A stretch of 33,695 nt of DNA, from the NCBI GenBank assembly GCA_037441295.1, contig JBBISK010000003.1, positions 1-33,695 of the forward strand, in the 5' to 3' direction. The position numbers and the translations under genes are program-made. Below, piece by piece: positions 8,240 to 14,826 of the stretch (position 1 is the first letter of the stretch; each line of letters begins with the position of its first letter). The notes below the pieces were generated by a model, which saw nothing but the letters and a program-made list of their open reading frames with translations, was not told where the DNA came from and ran no database searches. Source of the DNA: Candidatus Aminicenantes bacterium. Lineage in GTDB: Bacteria > Acidobacteriota > Aminicenantia > Aminicenantales > Saccharicenantaceae.

Positions 8240-9832
8240 CTAGCTCTTCTTCTTCCGCGGTTCCTGGATGCACTCTCGGACGGCAACGATGACGGACAGG
8301 CCGTGGTGCTCGAGCTCCTCCTTGATGACCTGGACGTTCTTCCCGTGGTTCTTCGGCAGGGGCTCGATCGTCCGGAGGTGCTCCTTCGGCACCCCCAGGC
8401 CCTCGACGATCCGCAGGAGGCGCTCGCCGGAGCCGTAGGTCGGCTGGCCGCCGGTCATGGCCACGGTGGCGTTGTCGAGGATGATGAGGGTCATGTCGGC
8501 GTTCGCCGCGGCCGCGCCGAGGAGTGGGGTCATGCCGGAATGGGCGAAGGTCGAGTCGCCGATGACGGCCACGGCCGGCCGGACGCCGACGTCGGAGGCG
8601 CCGCGGGCCATGCCCACGCTCGCCCCCATGCAGACGCAGCTCTGGATGGCGTTGTAGGGCGGCAGGGCGCCGAGGGTGTAGCAGCCGATGTCGCTGAAGA
8701 CGCTCGTCCCGGGATAGCCGGCACGGGCCTCGTTCAGGGCCTTGAAGGTGTCGGCATGAGGGCAACCGACGCAGAGCTGGGGCGGGCGGCCGGCGAGCGG
8801 GACACCGCTCGGCGCCCGGGCCGGGAGCGGCGCGAGGCCGAGCGAGGCGCGGACGAGGTCGGGGTTGAGCTCTCCCGAGGCCGGGACCGCCCCGCTCATC
8901 CGGCCGATGACCCTCTTCCCGGGCACACCGAAGAAGCCCTGGAGCTCCTTCTCGATGAGCGGATAGCCGTCCTCGAGGACGAGCACGGTCTCAACGTGGT
9001 CGACGAGGGCCCGGACGAGCTTCGCGGGCAGGGGAAAGCTCGAGACCTTGAGGAACGACGGCGCTGACTTCTCCTTCGCCGCGGCCTCGCGGAAGTAGTT
9101 CGCGGCGATGCCGGAGGCGATGACGCCGAGCGAGCGGTCTTTGTCGTTGAGAGTGAGTCCGTTCGCCGGCAGCTCCTCGGCCAGCCGGAGGAGCTCCGCC
9201 TGGCGCTCAATCAGGAGGCGGAACCTCCGCCTGGCGTTGACCGGGAGAAGGGTCCAGTCCTTCCAGTCGCCGGTTCGGAGCGCGTTCTGCGGCCGCGGCT
9301 CGCCCGTCTCGACCGAGGAGCGGCTGTGGGAGAGCCGGGTGACGAGCCGGATGAGGACGGGCAGGCCCGTCGCCTCGGAGATGTCGAAGGCCCGGCGGGC
9401 CAGGTCGTAACATTCCTGGTGGTCGGCCGGCTCGAGGCAGAGGAGGCGGGCGAACTGGGCGTAGAACCGGCTGTCCTGCTCGTTCTGCGAGCTGTGCATG
9501 CCGGGGTCGTCGGCGCTGACGACGACAAGCCCGCCGTTGGCGCCGGTCATGGCCGAGTTCATGAACGGGTCGGCGGCGACGTTGAGCCCAACGTGCTTGA
9601 AGGAGACCATGGCCCGCTTGCCGGCGAAAGAGGCGCCGAGGGCCTCCTCGTAGGCGACCTTCTCGTTGACGGACCAGGTCGCCTTGAAGCCGCCCTCTTT
9701 CTCGGCCAGGCGGATGAGGAACTCCATGATCTCCGAGGCGGGTGTCCCGGGATAGGAATAGGCGGCGGACAGGCCGGCATGGACGGCCCCCATGGCCAGC
9801 GCTTCGTCTCCGAGCAGGACTTGTCGTGCCAT
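8240..9832 (-). CDS. iorA: Indolepyruvate:ferredoxin oxidoreductase, alpha subunit (short form, no ferredoxin-type domain)
   Basis: 530 aa. The N-terminus (LLGDEALAMGAVHAGLSAAYSYPGTPASEI) is typical of the family. The TPP-binding region reads GRPPQLCVGCPH...FSDIGCYTLG...CVCMGASVGMA...IGDSTFAHSG. A GGGGGAGG RBS precedes the ATG. Confidence 0.88.
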   Translation of the reverse strand: MARQVLLGDEALAMGAVHAGLSAAYSYPGTPASEIMEFLIRLAEKEGGFKATWSVNEKVAYEEALGASFAGKRAMVSFKHVGLNVAADPFMNSAMTGANGGLVVVSADDPGMHSSQNEQDSRFYAQFARLLCLEPADHQECYDLARRAFDISEATGLPVLIRLVTRLSHSRSSVETGEPRPQNALRTGDWKDWTLLPVNARRRFRLLIERQAELLRLAEELPANGLTLNDKDRSLGVIASGIAANYFREAAAKEKSAPSFLKVSSFPLPAKLVRALVDHVETVLVLEDGYPLIEKELQGFFGVPGKRVIGRMSGAVPASGELNPDLVRASLGLAPLPARAPSGVPLAGRPPQLCVGCPHADTFKALNEARAGYPGTSVFSDIGCYTLGALPPYNAIQSCVCMGASVGMARGASDVGVRPAVAVIGDSTFAHSGMTPLLGAAAANADMTLIILDNATVAMTGGQPTYGSGERLLRIVEGLGVPKEHLRTIEPLPKNHGKNVQVIKEELEHHGLSVIVAVRECIQEPRKKKS

Positions 9833-9916
9833 GGGCCTCCCCCATTCCGAGAGTCATCCGGAAGGTCCCCCCGCGGTGCGGACGGATGGGGGTCGCCGGA
9901 CGCGGATTGAAGAAGT

Positions 9917-9945
9917 AGGATACAACCCGCCCCGGAGGGTGTCAA
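9917..9945 (-). promoter_or_regulatory. Predicted sigma70-type promoter of the iorA operon (TTGACA-17-TATCCT)
   Basis: Minus-strand reading gives cTTGACAccctccggggcgggttgTATCCT. The -35 is at 9945..9940 and the -10 at 9922..9917, about 85 nt upstream of the iorA ATG. This is a sequence match only. Confidence 0.4.
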
Positions 9946-9985
9946 GCCGGGCCGGCCCTAAACTGACAATTCCTATAATATTATG

Positions 9986-10014
9986 TTGAAATGGCCGGCC
10001 GGACGCGGTAAGAT
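9986..10014 (+). promoter_or_regulatory. Predicted sigma70-type promoter of the Rrf2 regulator gene (TTGAAA-17-TAAGAT)
   Basis: TTGAAA lies at 9986..9991 and TAAGAT at 10009..10014, inside the only AT-rich island of this intergenic region. A GAAGGAG RBS precedes the ATG at 10059. Confidence 0.4.
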
Positions 10015-10058
10015 GGGGGCGAAAGAGATTTCGGCCGTTCGCGGCGAAGGAGTCCGGC

Positions 10059-10514
10059 ATGCTCAGATTATCGACCAAGGGACGCTACGGCACCCGCTTG
10101 ATGCTCAACCTGGCCCAGCACTATGGCAACGGCCAGCGGACGGTCATCCTCAGGGACGTCTCGACGGAAGAGGAGATCTCCATCCGCTACCTCGAACAGA
10201 TCATCATCCCGCTCAAGATCAACCGTCTGGTCAAGAGCGTCCGGGGCGCGGGTGGCGGCTACACCCTGGCCCGCAGCCCGGAGGAGATCACCCTCGCCGA
10301 GATCCTCCACGCCCTCGAGGGAACGTGTTGCCTCGTCGAGTGCATGGAGGACGAGAGCTTCTGCCACCGGATCGAGACCTGCCCGACATACGAGATCTGG
10401 AAGGGGGCCTCGGAGCTCCTGAAGGGTTACTTCACCGGCATCACCCTGCGTGACGTCGTGGCCATCGCGGACAGGAAGAAAAAGAGGCCCAAGGCCAGGC
10501 CCAAAGCCCGCTGA
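10059..10514 (+). CDS. Rrf2-family (IscR-like) transcriptional regulator with Cys cluster
   Basis: MLRLSTKGRYGTRLMLNLA...ISIRYLEQII..L.....VKSVRGAGGGYTLAR is the Rrf2 winged-helix signature. The Cys-rich segment GTCCLVECMEDESFCHRIETC is consistent with Fe-S ligation. The C-terminal tail is basic (KKKRPKARPKAR). Confidence 0.88.
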   Translation: MLRLSTKGRYGTRLMLNLAQHYGNGQRTVILRDVSTEEEISIRYLEQIIIPLKINRLVKSVRGAGGGYTLARSPEEITLAEILHALEGTCCLVECMEDESFCHRIETCPTYEIWKGASELLKGYFTGITLRDVVAIADRKKKRPKARPKAR

Positions 10515-10576
10515 CCGGGCTTGAAGCGAAGACCCTCCCCCCGCTCCCCTTAAAGGGGCCCTTTCGTCCTCGACCC

Positions 10577-11521
10577 TCAGGTTTTTTTCAGCCGGTCCGC
10601 GACGACCCGGCCGACGACGGACGCCGCGATCCCCTTCCTCTTCAGGCGCGCGAGGATCCGGCCGGACGAGCCGGGCCGCGCCACGACGAGCAGGCTGCCT
10701 TCGGCGATGGCGGCGGCCGGGTCGAGCCCGAAGGCTTCGCAGACCATCCGCACCTCGTCCGGGTAGACGAAAAGGCTCTCGTCGACCTCCATGCCGACGC
10801 CGCTGGCCGCGGCGATCTCGTAAAGCCCGCCGATGACCCCGCCCTCCGTGGCGTCGTGCATGGCCGTCACCCCGCCCGCGGCCTTGGCCGTCAGGGCGTC
10901 CTCGACGACGCTCATCTGGAAGCAAAGCCGCTTGGCCGAGGCGACGAGCGCCGCGGGATGCGAGGCCAGGAGCTCCTCCTCGCGCAGGGCGGCCAGCAGC
11001 CCGGCCGTCTCGATGGCCGGTCCCTTGGTCAGCAGGACCTCGTCGCCGGGGCGCGCTCCGGCCGGGGTCACGTATTCGCCCTTCCGGGCCACGGCGAAGA
11101 CGGTGATGCCGCCAATCGTCGGGGCCTGGAAGCCCGGATAGAAGCCGGTGTGGCCGCCGACGATGGCGATGCCCAGGTCGCGGGCCGTCCGGTGGATGGA
11201 ATCGACGATCGTCTTGAGATCCCCGGCCGCCGTCTCCGGCGGCAGGAGAAGCGAGTAGGTCATGTACCGCGGCCGGACGCCCATGACGGCGACGTCGCTC
11301 GCGCCGATGTGGACGGTGAACCAGCCGAACGTCTCGAGCGGGAGGCGCGGCATGGTGAAGATGGGGTCCTCGGCCACGACCAGGACCTTGCCGCCGCCGA
11401 GGTCGACGACGCCCGCGTCGACGCCGGCCCGGGGCGGCACAAGGACCGTCGGATCACGTTTCCCCAGCCGCCGCAGGACGACGGCGCGGAAGGCGGCGTC
11501 GTCGATCTTGCCGATCTTCAT
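10577..11521 (-). CDS. AIR synthase-related (PurM/ThiL/HypE/SelD superfamily) protein, specific function unknown
   Basis: 314 aa. The motifs VDAGVVDLGGGKVLVVAEDP...HIGASDVAVMGVRP...GIAIVGGHTG...MHDATEGGV fit the PurM-like N- and C-domain pattern. The gene lies 16 nt downstream of folD on the same strand. Confidence 0.75.
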   Translation of the reverse strand: MKIGKIDDAAFRAVVLRRLGKRDPTVLVPPRAGVDAGVVDLGGGKVLVVAEDPIFTMPRLPLETFGWFTVHIGASDVAVMGVRPRYMTYSLLLPPETAAGDLKTIVDSIHRTARDLGIAIVGGHTGFYPGFQAPTIGGITVFAVARKGEYVTPAGARPGDEVLLTKGPAIETAGLLAALREEELLASHPAALVASAKRLCFQMSVVEDALTAKAAGGVTAMHDATEGGVIGGLYEIAAASGVGMEVDESLFVYPDEVRMVCEAFGLDPAAAIAEGSLLVVARPGSSGRILARLKRKGIAASVVGRVVADRLKKT

Positions 11522-11537
11522 TGCCCCCGGCTCCTCC

Positions 11538-12428
11538 TCAGGCGGCCAAGCCGGCCTTTCTCTCCGCGGCCTCGATGGTGTTCATCATGAGCATGGTCAC
11601 GGTCATCGGCCCGACGCCGCCGGGGACCGGGGTGATGGCCTCCGCCTTTTCCTTGATCGGCTCGAAGTCGCAGTCGCCGACAAAGCGGTATCCCTTGCCC
11701 GCGGACGGGTCCTCGACCCGGGTGTTCCCGACGTCGATGACGACGCACCCTCGGGGCACCATATCCGCCGTGATGGCGCGCGGAACGCCCATGGCCGCGA
11801 CGAGGATGTCGGCCTGGAGGGTGTACCTGGACATGTCCGGAGTGCCCGTATGGCAGACGGTGACCGTGGCGTTGGCGCCCGTCTTCTTCTGGATGAGCAT
11901 CGCGGCCAGGGGCTTGCCGACGATGTTGCTCCGGCCGCAGATGACGACGTGTTTTCCCTCCGGGCTGTACCCGCTCCGCACGAGCAGCTGAACGATGCCG
12001 TACGGCGTGCACGGCAGAGGGCAAGGCTCGCCGCGGAGCATCTTGCCGACGTTGACGGGATGCCAGCCGTCGACGTCCTTATGGGGGGAGATGAGGTTGA
12101 CCACCTTTTCCGCGCTGACGTGTTTCGGGAGCGGGACCTGAACGAGAAACCCGTCGTAGCGCCCGTCCCGGTTCAGCTCGTCCGCGACTTTCAGGACCTC
12201 CGCTTCCGAGGACGCGGCCGGCATCCGGATCGTCGTCTCGAAGATGCCGATCTCCTCGGCCGCCTTGGCCTTGGCCGTGACGTAGGAGACCGAGGCCGGG
12301 TCCTCGCCGACCAGGACCACGGCCAGGCCCGGGACGACCCCTTTCTCCCTGAGGCGGGCGGCGCGGCCCTTGAGCTCTTCGCGGATCTGGGCCGAGACTT
12401 CCTTTCCGCTGATGATCTTGGCTGGCAT
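11538..12428 (-). CDS. folD: Bifunctional methylenetetrahydrofolate dehydrogenase / methenyl-THF cyclohydrolase
   Basis: I trimmed the tracked ORF to the ATG at 12428 (MPAKIISGKEVSAQIREEL...). The FolD hallmarks are present: PGLAVVLVGEDPAS.SYV..K, LPLP.H, CTP.G, VVICGRSNIVGKP, and PVPGGVGPMTV.MLM.NT. Confidence 0.92.
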   Translation of the reverse strand: MPAKIISGKEVSAQIREELKGRAARLREKGVVPGLAVVLVGEDPASVSYVTAKAKAAEEIGIFETTIRMPAASSEAEVLKVADELNRDGRYDGFLVQVPLPKHVSAEKVVNLISPHKDVDGWHPVNVGKMLRGEPCPLPCTPYGIVQLLVRSGYSPEGKHVVICGRSNIVGKPLAAMLIQKKTGANATVTVCHTGTPDMSRYTLQADILVAAMGVPRAITADMVPRGCVVIDVGNTRVEDPSAGKGYRFVGDCDFEPIKEKAEAITPVPGGVGPMTVTMLMMNTIEAAERKAGLAA

Positions 12429-12491
12429 CCTGTCCTCCGTCCGGAGCGTTTTCCGGCGCCGGGCTTGGCGCAACTCGGGCCGCCCGACCTA

Positions 12492-12520
12492 GGTATAGAG
12501 GATTCCGTCGGGACGGTCAA
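12492..12520 (-). promoter_or_regulatory. Possible folD promoter (TTGACC-17-TATACC)
   Basis: Minus-strand reading gives cTTGACCgtcccgacggaatcctcTATACC. The -10 is weak. This is a sequence match only. Confidence 0.25.
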
Positions 12521-12536
12521 GGCCCGCCTTAAGGAA

Positions 12537-12570
12537 GATAGGGACTGTCCCCGCAGGGGACTGTCCCTCT
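12537..12570 (-). repeat. 34-bp tandem-palindrome (REP-like) element, copy 1
   Basis: The minus strand reads AGA-GGGACAGTCCCC-TGC-GGGGACAGTCCC-TATC. It is identical at 32/34 positions to 19588..19621 on the plus strand. The only differences are 2 nt in the 3-nt spacer. Confidence 0.85.
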
Positions 12571-12610
12571 TCATAAGAGCGTCACGAGAGGGCAGCCTTC
12601 CCCCCTGACC

Positions 12611-12640
12611 TTGAAAAGTCCTTAGTCCGAAGTGTATAAT
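12611..12640 (+). promoter_or_regulatory. Predicted sigma70-type promoter of the phosphofructokinase gene (TTGAAA-18-TATAAT)
   Basis: TTGAAA lies at 12611..12616 and a perfect TATAAT at 12635..12640, about 88 nt upstream of the ATG at 12728. Confidence 0.5.
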
Positions 12641-12727
12641 CTCGACAGTTTAGCGTCGCCGGGGACGTCGGGGGACACGGGCCCGCGCCGCGCGTCTCGC
12701 CGAATCGCCGGCGAGGAGGAGACGGAG

Positions 12728-13756
12728 ATGAGAGTCGGAATCCTGACCGGCGGCGGCGACTGCCCCGGCCTCAACGCGGTCATCCGGGCCGTCGTCCGCA
12801 AGGGCATCACGGTCTACGGCTACGACGTCCTGGGCATCAAGAACGGCTGGGAGGGGCTCATCGAGGGCCGCATCATCCCGCTCGACCTGGGCGCCATCTC
12901 GGGCATCCTGCCGCGCGGCGGGACGATCCTCGGCACCTCCCGGACCAATCCCTTCAAGGTCGAGGACGGGATCGGCAAGATCTTCTCCCAGGTCGAGAAG
13001 TTCGAGATCGACGCGGTCATCGCCGTCGGCGGCGAGGACACGCTCGGCGTCGCCCAGAAGCTCCACGAGCGCGGGCTGCGCTGCGTCGGCGTGCCCAAGA
13101 CGATCGACAACGACCTCTCCGGCACGGACTACACCTTCGGCTTCGACACGGCCATCACCGTCGTCACCGAGGCCCTGGACCGGCTCCACACCACGGCCGA
13201 GGCCCACCATCGGGTCATGGTCGTCGAGGTCATGGGCCGGCATGCCGGCTGGATCGCCGTCGAGGGCGGCATCGCCGGCGGCGCCGACATCATCCTCATC
13301 CCCGAGTTCCCTTTCGACATGCCCGAGATCTGCGGCCAGATCCTGCGGCGCCGCGAGCGCGGCAAGCTCTTCAGCATCGTCGTCGTGGCGGAGGGCGCCC
13401 AGCCCAAGGACGCCACGCTCATCGTCCAGACCGAGGAGCGCGACGCCTTTGGCCACGTCCGGCTCGGCGGCATCGGCAACGTCCTGGCCCGGGAGATCGA
13501 GAAGGCCACGGCGATCGAGACGCGCGTCACCGTCCTCGGCCACATCCAGCGCGGCGGCACTCCGACGGCCTTCGACCGGGTCCTGGCGACCCGGCTGGGC
13601 ATCGCCGCGATCGACCTCGTCACCCAGGAGAAGTTCGGCCACATGGCGGGCCTGCGGGGCAACCGGATCATCGCCGTGCCGTTCACCGAGGCCCTGGCCG
13701 AGCCCAAGACGGTCGACCGGGACCTCTACGACATCGCCAAGGTCTTCTTCGGCTGA
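12728..13756 (+). CDS. pfk: 6-phosphofructokinase (family A; residue signature suggests PPi dependence)
   Basis: I trimmed the start to the ATG at 12728 (RBS GGAGGAGGAGACGGAG), giving MRVGILTGGGDCPGLNAVIR. Further family motifs are AVGGEDTLGVA, VGVPKTIDNDLSGTDYTFGFDTA, MGRHAGWIA, and GHIQRGG. Confidence 0.9.
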   Translation: MRVGILTGGGDCPGLNAVIRAVVRKGITVYGYDVLGIKNGWEGLIEGRIIPLDLGAISGILPRGGTILGTSRTNPFKVEDGIGKIFSQVEKFEIDAVIAVGGEDTLGVAQKLHERGLRCVGVPKTIDNDLSGTDYTFGFDTAITVVTEALDRLHTTAEAHHRVMVVEVMGRHAGWIAVEGGIAGGADIILIPEFPFDMPEICGQILRRRERGKLFSIVVVAEGAQPKDATLIVQTEERDAFGHVRLGGIGNVLAREIEKATAIETRVTVLGHIQRGGTPTAFDRVLATRLGIAAIDLVTQEKFGHMAGLRGNRIIAVPFTEALAEPKTVDRDLYDIAKVFFG

Positions 13757-13790
13757 GCGGGCGCCTCTCCCCCGCCCCGGCCCCGCGCCG

Positions 13791-13820
13791 TTGACTTGGC
13801 CCCTCGGGCCGTGCTAATCT
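13791..13820 (+). promoter_or_regulatory. Possible promoter of the OMP gene (TTGACT-18-TGcTAATCT, extended -10)
   Basis: TTGACT lies at 13791..13796 and TGCTAATCT ends at 13820. A GAAGGAGG RBS precedes the ATG at 13847. Confidence 0.35.
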
Positions 13821-13846
13821 TCCGGCCGAGGAAGGAGGCGGAGCAC

Positions 13847-14710
13847 ATGAGACACATCCGCGCGTGGGGGGCTTTTTTTGTCTTATCCTGTCTTGCCGCG
13901 GCCGTTCCCCTGGGGGCCGACGTCAAGGCCGAGCTCGGTTTCGGCTGGTCGCTCGCCGCGCCGGCCCTCAGCACGGCCTACCAGAGCCGCTTCGCCCCGC
14001 CCATGACCCCGGCGGCCAACGCCCTCTCCAGCTCGGCGTCGCAAACCGTCCGTTTGAAGGGCCGCATCGCCTCGGGCATGTCCGGCTTCTTCAATGTCCT
14101 CATCAACGACAGCGTCGGGCTCCAGGTCCTGGTGGACTACTTCCGCCCCGGCCTCCGCGGGACCAACTCGCCCTATGACGTGAGCCTGACCTATTACCTG
14201 ACCGACCCCGCCGACCAGTATGCCTACACGAAGCAGACGGCCTGGCCTTCGTCGCGGGGCAACTTCACGGAGACGACCTACAGCCTGAACGGCCTGGTCC
14301 GTTTCCCCATCGGCCCGGACCTCGCCCTGAGCTTCTCGGGCGGGCCCAGTCTCTACTCCCTCAAGGGCCAGGCGACGCCGATGGGCTTCACCAGCTTCCG
14401 GCTCGACCAGACGAACGGCGTCTATCTTCTCGACATCAAGACCTATCAGCTGGTCTATGACCTCCCGGCGCGGACGACGGCCGGCTTCAACCTGGGCGGA
14501 GAGCTGTCCTACACGGTCATGCGGATGATGGTCCTCGCCCTCGACATCCGCTACTTCCTGAGCGCCAGGGCCGACTTCAAGATGAACGTCACGCCGAACG
14601 AGGGCCTGACGGACCCCATCGAGCCGATCGCCGCCGCCCTTGACCTGGGCACGATCCGGATCGACCCCTCCTACTTGCGGCTGAGCCTGACCTTGCGCTT
14701 CCGGTTCTGA
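13847..14710 (+). CDS. Outer-membrane beta-barrel protein (hypothetical)
   Basis: I trimmed the start to the ATG at 13847. The signal peptide reads MRHIRAWGAFFVLSCLAAAVPLGADV. The body shows alternating hydrophobic beta-strand patterning. The C-terminus LSLTLRFRF ends in Phe, as in the OMP/BAM recognition signature. Confidence 0.68.
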   Translation: MRHIRAWGAFFVLSCLAAAVPLGADVKAELGFGWSLAAPALSTAYQSRFAPPMTPAANALSSSASQTVRLKGRIASGMSGFFNVLINDSVGLQVLVDYFRPGLRGTNSPYDVSLTYYLTDPADQYAYTKQTAWPSSRGNFTETTYSLNGLVRFPIGPDLALSFSGGPSLYSLKGQATPMGFTSFRLDQTNGVYLLDIKTYQLVYDLPARTTAGFNLGGELSYTVMRMMVLALDIRYFLSARADFKMNVTPNEGLTDPIEPIAAALDLGTIRIDPSYLRLSLTLRFRF

Positions 14711-14812
14711 TCACTGCCGCGGCGCCTTCCTCCGGCGGGGGCCGAGGAAATACGCGTTGACCGCGACGACGAGAAGCAGCCCGACCGCCGTGACGATGAT
14801 TTTCGCCGCCAT
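14711..14812 (-). CDS. Candidate 33-aa single-pass membrane micro-protein downstream of copA
   Basis: This ORF is hidden in the 3' end of artefact ORF 14711..16708. From the ATG at 14812 it reads MAAKIIVTAVGLLLVVAVNAYFLGPRRRKAPRQ: one hydrophobic helix plus a basic tail. An AGGAAAAGG stretch lies just upstream. It starts 14 nt after the copA stop. I recognise no homology. Confidence 0.3.
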   Translation of the reverse strand: MAAKIIVTAVGLLLVVAVNAYFLGPRRRKAPRQ

Positions 14813-14826
14813 GGCCTTTTCCTGCC

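Noticed and set aside
7644-8765. N-terminal extensions of tracked ORFs: 5301..8765, and likewise 26244..27713, 27368..28894, 23628..24968 and 14711..16708
   Set aside because: The extensions run through neighbouring well-supported genes in another frame and are Arg/Pro/Gly-rich nonsense. Internal starts with RBS or start/stop overlaps give full-length family-typical proteins, so I trimmed the ORFs.
9833-9910. Possible RBS-sequestering pairing in the iorA leader (CCCCCATCCG ... CGGAT ... GGGGG of the RBS)
   Set aside because: Short G/C runs pair by chance in sequence this GC-rich, and the 3' side needs a 12-nt bulge. I cannot compute folding energy or covariation here, so I do not claim it.
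10515-10576. Terminator between the convergent Rrf2 and AIR-synthase-like genes (CCCCTTAAAGGGG, with a T7 run at 10582..10588)
   Set aside because: The hairpin has only a 4-5 bp stem. The T-run lies inside the coding region of the minus-strand gene (encoding ...LKKT*). The evidence is not convincing.
12429-12500. Possible ZTP (pfl) or THF riboswitch in the folD leader, since folD is a common target
   Set aside because: The leader is only about 60 nt. It lacks the conserved ZTP elements (GGGUCG...CUGGCG...ACCGGGCGGA and the CCGCCUGGGC pseudoknot partner).
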